Shown here one piece after another: positions 1 through 37,601 of a stretch of 64,000 nt of DNA (positions are counted from its first letter, which is position 1; each line of letters begins with the position of its first letter). Source of the stretch: Amoebidium appalachense (taxonomy: Eukaryota; Protista; Ichthyosporea); contig CAVNZM010000002.1 in assembly GCA_963693365.1 (NCBI GenBank), positions 2,806,259-2,870,258 of the forward strand. Direction: 5' to 3'. Both the position numbers and the translations under genes were made by a program. The notes under the pieces are model-generated. The model ran no database searches, had not been told where the DNA came from, and saw only the letters and a list, made by a program, of their open reading frames with translations.

Positions 1-498
1 AAAAAAAAAAAAAAAGTCATCGTTTTCTTTCTTCCTTGTGTTCCTTTTGGCTTCTTTACTTTTTGTTCGTTTCTTTTTGGTTCTGCTCTTTTTTTGGGAG
101 GAATGTTTGGGTTTCTACTTCCCTTTTGGTTGGTTGGTTGGCTTTGTAGTGTGTGTCACACACCCCCCCCCCCCCTCTCCCCCCCCCCCCCCCCCTTCCC
201 CCTCCCCCCCCCCCCCCTTCCCCCCCCCTGGCCCTCTCCCCCCCCCCCCCCCCCCCCCCGCGCAACTTCCCCACCCAAGCCCCCTTCAGAAAGCCCCCTT
301 CAGATGGGCTTTGTGTTTATCATGTCTACTTCATGTGCGTGACTTGAAAATCTGCATCCGTTGTCCGGTTGCTTAATGGGGGGAAAAGATGGAAAAAAGA
401 TCAGTAATAAAGTAACGGTGATTCTAACAGTAACAGTAACAACAACAACAACAAAGCAATGCAACAATATAAATGACGATCATAATCAACCCATCCAG

Positions 499-10017
<9,519 letters not shown>

Positions 10018-10149
10018 ATAGCTTAAAAGCAGGCTACGTACCGTAGTTGCTAAACCCATGTGTAAAATAGATGATATATTTTAATCACCGAATATCAGCT
10101 AGGAATAATATTAGCCTTAATTGCTTTAAGTTAAGAACGAATGAAATTG

Positions 10150-10175
10150 TGCCACCACCTACTGAGGCGGTGTCT

Positions 10176-10214
<39 letters not shown>

Positions 10215-10265
10215 TTTTGCAAAAAGGGACCACCACAAGTAGATGTATAACGTCGCACGTGCGGC
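10150..10265 (+). repeat. Dispersed repeat, copy 1 (copy 2 inverted at ~39853-39972)
   Basis: TACTGAGGCGGTGTCTCCC-(T)n-GCAAAAAGGGAC..CAAGTAGATGTATAACGTCGC occurs in reverse complement at ~39853-39972. Confidence 0.75.
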
Positions 10266-11097
10266 AACACGTCAGTACGTGTTAGGAATATGTGGGTGGT
10301 TAAGGTTTAGTAGGCTTGGCAATCCGTGGCGAGGAATCTTTTTGAAGTCAGGCCTACGTCCTGTTCGTGTCAAGTGTAAACGATTGACTTTGCCTAAATA
10401 TGGGGATAAATCCCCTTTTTAGAAACTGCACGATTGTCATATTAAGGAATCCTGTAGAATTTCAACATAGACGTATAGGAACTTTTTAAGGCATGAAGGT
10501 ATTGGGCTGGGGTAAATAGTTCTTCCCAGGTGGTTTGTAAGAGATAAGCCGATATTGCCCGTGTTGTACTTGTGCGTACGATTAGGGTTTACTCCCTTCA
10601 AAACACAAGCACCAAGTATTATATCAGTGACTGTGAGGGGAGAAAAATGCTTGACCTAACTTAGGTTTAAGGTGTATAATAGAATGTTGAGCTAGTCTTC
10701 CGCCGACATATACATAGTCTGAAACAGTTTTAATATATTAGCAGATGACAGCGCCATGCATCTGCGCAAGTTGAACTGCCGTAACGGTTACGGTGAATGC
10801 ATGAGTGAGACATGTACACCCACGGTCAGCACCCCACAAACATAGCGCCTAACCGAAACCGGCGAGTCCCCAGACTAGAATATTGGTCCGAGGTTGTGTG
10901 TGTGTGTGTGTGTGCACGTGCGCTGACTATGTTGTGTACATGTGTGTGTGTGTATGGGGAGGTGGGGGGGGGGGGGGGGGGGAGGGGGGGGGGGGGGAGG
11001 AAAGGGTTCCGGGAGGTGTCAATCGTTACTAAACTCCTGCATACCACTCAGCACGCATTCACACACGCACGCGCACACGCACACGCACACACACACG

Positions 11098-11150
<53 letters not shown>

Positions 11151-11173
11151 CACACACACCTGCGAATCGAAGT

Positions 11174-11206
<33 letters not shown>

Positions 11207-11306
11207 TTACCCCCCTCCCCCCCAAATCCTACACTGCAACTTCCCTATCATGTGTGTGCACTGATGCGGGCGGTCGCCGAGGTGCATTTTGTATGCGTAT
11301 AGATGG

Positions 11307-11378
<72 letters not shown>

Positions 11379-12095
11379 GCGACTTTTCGCCGTTCTCAGT
11401 CTTGTTTTGAATCCCCCCAGACAACTTGCGGAGACGCCGGTGCCATCAGATTACCCATATATGGTAACTGCGCCAATCCTTTTTGCAGATCTGTCCCACA
11501 ATCAAACCCTCCTCGCGCAATTTCCGGCCATATATAGGGGTAAACCTGCATATCGTTTCCCAGAAACTCGTATATCTTGTGAAGGGATGATTATTTTTAA
11601 AAGCGGAAAAAACCTTTATAATACAATTTTAAGTTCTCTACTAGGAACTGGTACTTAAAACAACAAAGCGACAGCAGTTTAGTTCAGGCAGTTGATTTGT
11701 CGACCATACCTTCAAATCAATTAGAGAACCCTGTAGATCATGATAGGCTCTTGACTGTCGGATGATCGATCTACCAAATATGGCACTCGCAAGTGTATAA
11801 CACCTAAATACATATTACCTTCCTGTAGAACTGGTCTTTCTCTAGCTGATGGTATTATTGATCAATTACCACGCTTTTACTGTACACGTGCTATACAGTG
11901 GAGATCTAATAAGTATAAGGTGGCATCATTTGCATGCCCAAACAACACACACACACACCAGTTTAACCGGTCATGTATCGCCAAATGTAGTTTGATAGAC
12001 CACATAATACCGCAACACACACACGTCACATTCACAACAGACACCCAGAAAGATAGCCTACCTGTAAATTACAACATCCTTGATTTTATACTATA

Positions 12096-12185
12096 CACGC
12101 GTAACTACGACCTGTTTATTAGATGTATTGATTGGCTTGAGAAACACATCACTACAAAATTATAGCGCACGCGCACACACACACA

Positions 12186-12256
<71 letters not shown>

Positions 12257-12289
12257 CCAGCTGATACCGAGTGTCCCGAGGGGGAGCCC

Positions 12290-12324
<35 letters not shown>

Positions 12325-12520
12325 GGGGAACCCCAACTAATTGATTTCTCCTTATAGTCTTTATGGTGTCTCGTAGAGAAAGTAAACCCTGATATATAGT
12401 CACCACCCGACATCCATGTACGTGATCATGATATACCGCTGAGGGGATATTCCGAGCAAAACCCCCCCCCCCATACCTGAGACTGGTTCTCTTTGCCTCG
12501 AGTAAACAGCGTAAACCCCC
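12096..12520 (+). mobile_element. Non-autonomous ~410-425-bp element nested in the pogo-like transposon
   Basis: Closely similar inverted copy at 19487-19893; internal (CA)n and (A)n; this copy is flanked by TA on both sides. Confidence 0.75.
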
Positions 12521-12639
12521 TATCACATGCCGCCGCAAAACAAAACAAGAGGTCCCGTCGAAGTGCCCACACTATCTATTCTCCCACTTTCTCCTAGCTC
12601 TCTTTACGGTCACTAAAACTCCGAGGCTTCGAGGCCAAA

Positions 12640-14480
12640 CATACACAAGGACAAGTAAAATGGCATTTGCCGACATTATTCTTGTGCCCCGGCTTGACAC
12701 AAGCGACATGGTTGACATAGAGTACAAGGATGATGCGCAGTTACTGAAAATCAAGCACTATCCTCACTTGGAAGTCCTGCTTACCATCTGGGTGGATACA
12801 GCACACATATACTACGCAAACGTCACAACTGCGGAATATGAAGCTGTTCTGCGTCAAAAGGAACTCTTTATTTTTAAACAATCAGACGGCAGCCCCATAG
12901 TCGCTCGTGGGCATCACATCATCCTCCTTGTCACTCCCACTTCCTTCACCTTCTTCCCCTACATCTTCCCACATGCTCCTCCCCCTGTATCTCTCCTCCC
13001 ACTCCTCCTTTGCGCTCTGTTCCCCTCGCCCTCCTGTGCGTACTCGCTTTCGCTAACATCCTGCTCCGCATCATTGCTGGTGTTGTTCGGTTTCGCTGCG
13101 GCGCTTGTGTTCTCCAACCCCTTGTTCCGTGTCTTTAGGTGCCGCTTGCACAGTCGCACCCCTCCGTGTTCGTGGCTTGGCATGGCTTTGAGGCCACAAA
13201 GTTCCCCCGACTGCTTGTTTGCTTGGCAGGGACCGATAACCAGTGCCACTAAGGCCTTTTGCTTCTTTCTTCCCTCCGCTGCATTTGCCCGTTCCTCCTT
13301 CTTCTGCTTCTCCTCCGCCACAACACGTTCCTTCTCCCTTCTGCCGTCCAAGTGCTGCTCGCTTGTTCCGATCATGCACCCCTGTTGCTTTTTCCGTTTT
13401 CGCACTATCGTGGCGTTGCTGTTTGGGTTGCGTTCTGCGAGTGGTGCTCGACCGTGTGGTGGTGTTTGCTGGGGCGTGCTGGTGGGGTCGGCTGTTTGCG
13501 CGGGGGGTTGGGTGGGGAGGGGGCCTGCCTGCTCGGGACGAATGTTGTGCACTGTACCGAACCGCTGTCTTGCTGTTTTGAGGGCAAAGACTTCTGCCTC
13601 CAATTCGGGTGTCGCCGGGTGTGCTCGAGGTATATTGTGCTGGTGCTCCAACCGTCATCAGAGTAGGCTAGCAACGCGTCTGGGTGGATATACTTAACGG
13701 CCGTTTCCATTTCCTCTGACATGAGACTCGAGGGCACTACAATGGTGGGTGGGAGGGCGTCACCGGACGCAACAATAGTAGGAATGATGGATAGGTGCCA
13801 GTCTTGCTCCGCAAACCCATAGCCGACTTTGTATGTTTTTCATGTCTGTGACCGTGAGAAGTTTCTGACCCGCACGCACGTTGGTTATGCGCAGTTGTTT
13901 CTCGTCGTCATTGAACAGATTCTTCTCCACGTTTATCTGCTTTTCTTCCACCAGTTCCTCCACCATATCAAACCACGAATTCATCTTCTCCTCCGTGAGA
14001 GCGGAAACGCGCGCTTTCGAAAGTTCGTTTGGTTTGCGGAAATTGAGGTTGTAATTATAACCGTGCTGTTTGGCACGGCGTTCGCCGTTACGCTCAGCAA
14101 TGTCCCGTGCAGACCTGAGAACTTCAGCACGAGAAACCCCCAACCCCCTCCCAGCCAGGAACACCAGCCCACTAGCAAGGCCAATCTCCTCATCTCAGTG
14201 TTAGAATGGGCTTAGGGCCCGGTTTCTTGTTTCCATACTCAGGGTCTTTTTTGTGTCTGTATAGGGTTGCAACGGAAATGCCAGTGGTTGCAGCTACTTC
14301 GGCAACCCGTTGCTTGACTGAGCTTCTCTTCTTTAGCTGTCTAGTTGCCTGTTCCATGAACATGGGATTATACTTGGGCCCGTACTTGTAACCCTGCTTT
14401 ATTACACTAGTTGCACTGCGAGTGGGCCCTTTTTTGCGAAGCTTAGGCATATGCTTGTTTTTTTTGGGAGCCTTTGCCAT
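12640..14480 (-). pseudogene. pogo-like transposase pseudogene (frameshifted, DDE domain largely deleted)
   Basis: 14190-14480: psq-like HTH (VAEVAATTGISVATLYRH). 13760-14164: CENP-B-like HTH region and NLFNDDEK (pogo first-Asp N.DE motif). 12959-13651: charged coiled coil and Cys/His cluster. Possible PHD-finger remnant (HVAC..FTCPC) near 12640-12720. Confidence 0.78.
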
Positions 14481-16889
14481 TTTCTGACACGCAGTTACAA
14501 CAGTGCTGCACTATGCTAGTGTTGTGGTCAGTAATGAAGGCCAATGCTACCCCGAGCATCACGTGCTCACACCAGCTACCTACCCCTACACAATTACACC
14601 CAAACAAAGGCAAAAACTACTCAGAAACACTTATTGAGTTGAAAAGAAAGTGGTTTGTGCCCGTTTATTATGTAGAAAACATGTCCGAAGGGTTCTGGCC
14701 AGCAGCTCATGAGAGCTCACATTTCACGTTCTGGGTATCGGAGAAGCGCCGTTTTTTTTTGCCGTTGGCCCGTTGCAGGCAGCTGAGTGCCAGTAACCGC
14801 CCCACCCATTTCCCCGCCCATATTCAAACAAAACCAATGAGAAAAAACGCACAAAAAAAGAAAATAACCAAGTATGGGATCATAAGTTTCTCACGATTTA
14901 CAGGGCTCTCAAGATTTGCAGGTTTGCCCCTAAGGCGCAACAGCGAGTCAGTGCATACTTCCTGAGGCGCTCTGTGTCTTGCTGGCCTGCGGGAGGGATC
15001 GTATTTTACCTTCTTTGCCTTTCAGTCATTGCCCCCCTTCCATGCAAGCGGAGGCGTTGGGGCGCTCCCTTTTGTTTCCTTGCCCGTCCTTTTTATTTCG
15101 CTTTTGCGTTGTACAGCAGCCTGCAATTTGCATCACCTTACTTCAGAATGTCTCCAGACCCTCAGCTCAGCTTTCAAGTTTCTCGACACCCTGCACCCAA
15201 TAACTTTTATATGAATAGGTTTTGCGTTTAATCTTTAAAGAAACTGCGAGCATACACAAGAAAATATGGGTTTCCCTTGCTATCCTATCCTCCCACTCGT
15301 AAGGGCATTCCGTTAGCAGGTTTGACCTCAAAACAGATTTCCCAAGTATGTTGCTGCTGTAGCATCGTACTTACCCTGCCGGCTGCTACTACCTGCCGGC
15401 AAAGGTAAGTATCATGCCTGCAATATTCCACGTGTGGCGCTGCACACGTATTACCCTCCCTTGCTGTGCCGTAGAGCACTCTGCAAAATAGAGTGCCCTT
15501 TCACTATTGTCCAACTTGGTCCGTTGTTCGAAACCCTTGCGTAAGTTCAAAATGGAAGCTTATTTGGTTTTTAATCTGGTGAACTGGGTAGCTACATTGT
15601 CCTCTGAATGGCCGGCCATTCCCTTCTATCTGATTTCAAGGGTTGAGCTGTTGGATTCCATCTAGTTAGTTAACCTTGCCGAACCCCCTCCCCCCCTCCC
15701 CCCCCCCCCCCCCCTCCACACACACACACACACACACACATACACCGAAATAGGTCACACACGTCTGCAAACGGTCATGGTTGAGCTGAGCACAATATTG
15801 GATGAGGTGGAAGACATATATATGTGTGTGGTTGCGCAGTTGTCATGTTATCTATGTTGCCCCCCCCCCCCCCCCCTCCTCCTCCCCCTTCCCCCTCTTC
15901 CCTCCTTCCCCTTCCCCTGCTTCCTTCCCCCCCCTTCCCCCCCCCCCCCCCCTTCCTCCCCTTCGTCTCGGCCTTCCTACACTTCAAACACGTTGCCCTC
16001 CCTTCCCGTACCCCCCCCCCCTCCTCCTCCTCCCCCCTCCCCCCACCTCCCCCCACCCACCCTTCTTCCTCTTCACCCGGAAACGTCTTTTTGCGGCGCT
16101 TAGTTTTTCCCCAGATGTGGGATATGTTCTAGTGATCTCGTGCTTACACACAATATTGCAGAAGAATAGTTTCTTGTTGCTTTTTCCCTTTCTTTCTTTC
16201 TTTTTGGTCTTTAGTTCTGGCTTGCTTGACTCAAACATAACGTTTCTGTGTTCCCCCCCCCCCCCCCCCCCCCCCCCCCCCTTTTTCCCCCAAAAAAATA
16301 AAAAAAAAATAAAGAAATAAAAGAAGAAGAAGAGAGGGTGGGAGGGGGGAGGGGAGGGGAGGGGGGAGATAAAAGAGGGCAAGAGAGGGAGGCGGGGGAG
16401 GGGAGCGTGCATACCATTTTGGCCAGGTCGGAAGTACTTTTTGGCCTGGTGCCGAACATCTAGTTTCTGCCATACATGTCTGCTGATATTAAAATTTAAT
16501 ACATTCCCCCCCGTGTATCATATGTACGTGAGTCCCTCCCCCCTCCCCTCCCCTTCCTCCAAAAAAAAAAGAGGGGGGAGGGGGAAGAAGAAGAGGAGGA
16601 AGGAGGGGGGGGAGGGGGAGAGAGGAGCGGGGGGGGGGGAGAGGGAATAGAAAGTGGGCAAGAGAGGGGGGTGCGAGAGAGATAGAGGGAGAGGGAGAGA
16701 GAGAGAGAGGTGGGGGAGGGAGACGGGCGGGGATAAGGGAGGTATGGAAGGGGGGGCACATACCATTTTGGCTGGATCCAGAAGTCGTGTTGGCCTGGTG
16801 CCGAACTTCCAGTCACTGCCAAACATGTTTTTAGATAACAAACAGCACAACTCCCCCCCCCCCGCCGTTCTTCTTTCTCAGCCGGCTAG

Positions 16890-16926
<37 letters not shown>

Positions 16927-17034
16927 TTTGGTTGCCTGGTAAGTTTTGGAATGGAGGTCTCGTCTTTGATCTGTCCACCACAGGGGGGTTTTCTTTTCTT
17001 TTTTTTTTTTTTTTTTTCCTCTCTCTCTCCCTCC

Positions 17035-17089
<55 letters not shown>

Positions 17090-17277
17090 AGTGAAACAGT
17101 ATCTGAGTTGGGTTTCGTTAACGAGGGGAATAGGTCGAAACTCGGGTACTGTGGATGACGTGGGCCCCCCCTGAGGATGGGCTCTGCTTATTATGCATAC
17201 TCTTTATGTATGGCTTGCATTCTGCATCGTGTTATCCGTTTGTTCTTGTGTACTTCGTACTTTTTGACGCATTCAAA
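17090..17277 (+). mobile_element. Poly-C-embedded repeat (3' part of Penelope-like element)
   Basis: Near-identical to 18765-18953; sits between two poly-C tracts and ends ...GACGCATTCAAA(C)n. Confidence 0.8.
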
Positions 17278-17314
17278 CCCCCCCCCCCCCCCCTTTCTTT
17301 TCCCCTCCCTCCTT

Positions 17315-17348
<34 letters not shown>

Positions 17349-17362
17349 CCCCCCCCCCCCCT

Positions 17363-17398
<36 letters not shown>

Positions 17399-17711
17399 CC
17401 CCTTCTCCTCCCCCCCCCCCCCCTCCCACCCTCCCCTCCCTTCGCCCTTCGCCCTTCCCCGGCCTACTCCCCCCCCCCTCCCCCCCCCTTCCCCTCCTAC
17501 CTTCTTTCCCCCCCCCTCCCCCCCCCCCCCTGGCCAAACCCTGTATACACTCTTCTCATCAGCAGGTCTCTAACCCACTCTGCAGAACGTTTTACGCATT
17601 TCTCCCCTTGGAGAACTTGATCGTTGGTGCGTTTTTGTCTGATATCTAACGACTCTGCAGGGTCCCCTGAGACTATTGACACTCTAACATTCCCTCCCCT
17701 CTCTTACTCTC

Positions 17712-17744
<33 letters not shown>

Positions 17745-17959
17745 TTCCCCCTCCTCTTCCCCTCCCATTTTCTCTGCACACTCAACAGGTCTTAACCAGC
17801 TCTGCACATCGTTAGTCACAATCTTCTCACATATATGAGAGAATGATCGTATTGGTACGATTTGTCTAATATCTGACGATTCTGCAGCATCCCTAAGACC
17901 CCCCTCCCCCCCCCCTCCCCCCTCCCCCCCCCCCCCCCCCACCTTCTCTCTCTCTCTCT

Positions 17960-18057
<98 letters not shown>

Positions 18058-18218
18058 GCGCCTGTTGTTTTGCTTGTCATTTGTTGTTCTGGTTGATTAC
18101 CTGTAATCTTCGCTTATTTATGTGTGTGTGTGTGTGTGTGTGTGCATATGTTGTGCGGGGTTGCACATACCGGTGTCTACTTTTCTTCTTACTGTTTTTC
18201 TCTCCACACACTTCATCT

Positions 18219-18951
18219 GTCCACTTCTACATACCCCCTTTCATAGCTATAGACACACTTCACACATTGCGTTACGCGCACGCATGCACACACCGCTCTG
18301 TTGGCGACAGCTCCCTTGGAACCCATGCGGCATGTTACCCGCCGGCGTAACATAACTCGGACTATCGGTTTGGCTTTTTTCAAGCCCAAAGCAATGGGTG
18401 ATACCATATTTCCGGCTGACATCCGGGGGCATAGCTTTCCGTTCGAAGACGATAAAGTTCCGCCCTAGTAAGCGTGTTACTACCCTGCGGCGTGGGTCAA
18501 ATCTCATATTTTCCCCTCTGATTGCGAATTCTGCGGCCTTCGGGACTTAATTCTTTTCAGCTGGTGTAGTATGTTAGCCAGGGAAGTATCGACTTAGGTA
18601 TCGACGGGGGAGCTTCCTAGAAGCCCCGTCTCCTGAGTTCCTATCTATATTTTTCTTGCTTCTGCTTACTGCTGCAACTTTAACCCCCGGCCTTTCCCAC
18701 TGCCCTTGCCTGCATAAGCAACCCTGCTCGTCTCTGATCAAGACGGGTGACCTACTCATGTTCAAGTGAAACAGTATCTGAGTTGGGTTTCGTTAACGAG
18801 GGGAATAGGTCGAAACTCGGGTACTGTGGATGACGTGGGCCCCCCCTGAGGATGGGCTCTGCTTATTATGCATCCTCTTTATGTATGGCTTGCATTCTGC
18901 ATCGTGTTATCCGTTTGTTCTTGTGTACTTCGTACTTTTTGACGCATTCAA

Positions 18952-18984
<33 letters not shown>

Positions 18985-19205
18985 CGCTTCATGTGTACCT
19001 CAGAGTCCCCCCCCCCTCCCCCCCCCCTTCCTCCTCCCCCCTCCCCCGCCCTCCTCCCCACACACACACACATACCCCGTGGATGACGTGGCCCCCCCCT
19101 GAGGATGGGCTCTGCTTATTATGCATACTCTTTGTGTATGACTTGCATTCTGCATCGGGTTAACCGTTTGTTCTTGTGTACTTCGTACTTTTTGACGCAT
19201 TCAAA
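18219..19205 (+). mobile_element. Degenerate Penelope-like retroelement 3' end: RT C-terminal remnant, 3' region and partial tandem (pseudo-LTR-like) copy
   Basis: Remnant peptides HFYIPPF..LRYAHACT..CYPPA (18219-18350) and WVIPY..RRGSNL (18395-18505) resemble the PLE RT C-terminal motifs as I recall them (YIP..H, LRY...C, RGYP, PY, RR..NL). Followed by the shared repeat at 18765-18953 and a partial tandem copy at 19079-19205. Confidence 0.55.
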
Positions 19206-19486
19206 CCCCTCCCCCCCTCCCCCTCTCACCATGTAATCTGCCGTGTGCACGTGAACGACAGCTACACAGTACCAACCCCCCCCCCCCCCCCCCCCCCCCC
19301 TCCCACTCCGCACACACACACACTACCATCATCGCCACCGTTGCACCCCCTTCCATCCCCCACAACCACATTATTACTGGATCGAGCGGGGCAAAAAAAA
19401 GTTGTGCAGTAGTTCTGGTAAGTCCACTTGCCGCGGCAGCTGATAGGCGATGATCGGCTTCTGTTGAGACCTAGATATATGCCTTT

Positions 19487-19774
19487 GGGGGTTCACGCTG
19501 TTTACTCGAGGCAAAGAGAAACCAGTCTCAGGTATGGGGGGGGTTTTGCTCGGAATATCCCCTCAGCGGTATATCATGATCACGTACATAGATGTCGGGT
19601 GATGACTATATATCAGGGTTTACTTTCTCTACGAGACACCATAAAGACTACAAAGAGAAATCAATTAGTTGGGGTTCCCCGTTTTTTTATTTATTATTAT
19701 TATTTATTATTTTTTTTATTTATTTATTATTTTTTTTTTTAAGGGGCTCCCCTGGGACACTCGGTATCAGCTGG

Positions 19775-19821
<47 letters not shown>

Positions 19822-19893
19822 CGCTAGAATTTTGTAGTGATGTGTTTCTCAAGCCAATCAATACATCTAATAAACAGGTCGTAGTTACGCGTG
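19487..19893 (-). mobile_element. Second copy of the ~410-425-bp non-autonomous element
   Basis: Reverse complement of 12096-12520; flanked by TTT on both sides. Confidence 0.75.
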
Positions 19894-20722
19894 TTTGGTA
19901 TATTCACTACCAGTGGTTTAATACTCATGAACATCCGGATCCCTTGCACATGTAAGTGTATGCGTTTTTATGAAATTAACAAAATATTAGGAATACGAAC
20001 TGTGCATGGACGTCTTTGAACCCAGAATGTTCCCCACACTGATGCATGTGACCGTACGACGTACTTGCAACTTCGGAAATCTGCAGCCTGCCTCGCCGAA
20101 ACATGTGCACATTTTTTGCGAATGTACAGTTTGCCACTTGAATTCTCAACATATTCATTTCCGATTTCTCGGTGGCAATGGATCTTAGGCAAATGGTGGT
20201 TAGCCTACATACTTGCTTTCATGATCATTCCCTTCCGAGGGGGGAAGAGGGGGGGGAGGGGGGGGGGGGGGGGGAGGATAATGAGAGACCTATAATATTA
20301 GAGAGATGAGAAATTTGTTGATGTATTTCATGTATGACATTGTATAGGTATACACGGCGTAGGACCTGTATGCAGGCAGATCCCGGAGAACACACTTGTA
20401 AGCCTGCCTAACTCGCATAAACATGATACACAGTTAATGACTGTGGGGGCCACAGACACGGGAAATACGGGCTGGTCAACTCAAATTTCCTTATCATTAT
20501 GTGGTCATTATACTACACTAATATTCGTCATGGCCCATTCGCATTAGAACATGTTTACACCTGAACACAATACCTCTTTTTTAACGCCATTAAACATTCT
20601 AGTTTAGACACAAAACTATATGGTGTCATCTTACCAATCAAAACATGTTTCGGAAAGAAACACTCCCGTATGTTCACCGACATCATGTGTGGAGCAGCTT
20701 AAGGGAAAGAAGGGACAGAGGG

Positions 20723-20759
<37 letters not shown>

Positions 20760-20914
20760 AAAACAAAAAGAACTTTTGTGTTCTATGCGAGAGAAACGAA
20801 TCCGTAAGGGAAAAGGGGTAAAAAATAGTATGATAAATTAATATATTCAGACCCCCCCCCCCCCCCCCCCCCCACCACCACCACCACCCCACCCACCCCC
20901 GATCGCAACTGAAA

Positions 20915-31810
<10,896 letters not shown>

Positions 31811-32384
31811 GGTTGCAGATTTCTCCCTATTTTTTCCCCTATTGCCTCCCTCCGGTTGCTCCGCCTGTGTTAACTTTGTGACATATGCCACGGACGAGCC
31901 AATGAGACAACAAAAGACAAACCAATTTGTTTCGAAGTTTCTGGACTCAAAGCGCTGCATGCGATGTTGTCACGGTTGCTGAGCCAGCCAACAGCAAAAA
32001 TCTTATCAAGCGGCAATCAGCAGATGACGAGAGCTGGCCAAACATTTCTTAAATAAAGTAAAAATACACTTTCAAAGGGAATTTATAGCGATATAAAGGT
32101 GTCAACCTATCTAAAATCTTGTTACATGAGTTGGATTTGGCGAACCCTTCTGACTGTCTGAAACAATAATCCAATCAGCTGCATGATAATTAACTTGTTA
32201 TGGTATCTTTCATGTGCATATTAGGAAGGTGTTTGCTCCTTTTTTATCTTGGAGGCCTTGGTGAAAGCATGTACAGAAAAATTCCGACGTCAACTTCTCT
32301 CCGAAAGTCTCCGGGCCTGGCCGTTTAGCCTAGGTTCGTATTCCTTTGTTCAACGAGTGAGCAGAGTTATCTCATTGACAGGGA
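31811..32384. promoter_or_regulatory. Divergent promoter region between the SET gene and ArfGAP
   Basis: Head-to-head ATGs ~575 bp apart; free of microsatellites; CCAAT motifs (~31899, ~32171) and a GACGTCA motif (~32286). Confidence 0.5.
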
Positions 32385-37187
<4,803 letters not shown>

Positions 37188-37390
37188 TGTTAATTTGTCT
37201 TGAGTGTAGACATTTGTGGTGTGCTGTGGGAGGTGTGCTAGATTTGTAGTTTCTTCCATTCTTTTTCTCATTTTCGTTTGCTACCCTGGTTTGGTTTGGT
37301 TTTTTTCAGTATTTTTACCGTGCTGCGACAGGTGGTGGTAATCATCTCCCATACTGATGGGCTAGCCAATGTAAGCTGGTAGGCTGGAGA

Positions 37391-37449
<59 letters not shown>

Positions 37450-37451
37450 AT

Positions 37452-37485
<34 letters not shown>

Positions 37486-37570
37486 GGGGTATGTGTGTGT
37501 GTGTGCGCGCCCGCATGTGTGTTTGTGCATGCGTGCAGATGTGCGGGTATGCAGGAGTTTTTTTTTTTTT

Positions 37571-37601
<31 letters not shown>

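Larger units (their letters stand above)
11537..14930 (-). mobile_element. Decayed pogo/Fot1-like (Tc1-mariner superfamily) DNA transposon
   Basis: Imperfect TIRs GGGGTAAACCTGCATATCGT (11537) and GGGGCAAACCTGCAAATCTT (reverse complement ending 14930), 17/20 identical, each flanked by TA (11535-6, 14931-2). Transposase remnants lie inside on the minus strand. Confidence 0.82.

Noticed and set aside
12660-13697. 345-aa plus-strand ORF
   Set aside because: Antisense shadow of the transposase C-terminal region; no recognisable domain.
15368-15415. U1 snRNA-like TACTTACC
   Set aside because: Only the reverse complement of a GGTAAGTA donor-like word; no U1 stem-loops or Sm site follow.
17130-17185. 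Hammerhead ribozyme (GAAA and CTGAGGA present)
   Set aside because: Stem I cannot be formed around the core, so there is no canonical type I, II or III fold.
18420-18445. Tyrosine-recombinase-like GHSF motif
   Set aside because: No following Arg, Trp or Tyr motifs in any frame; flanking peptides fit a PLE RT better.
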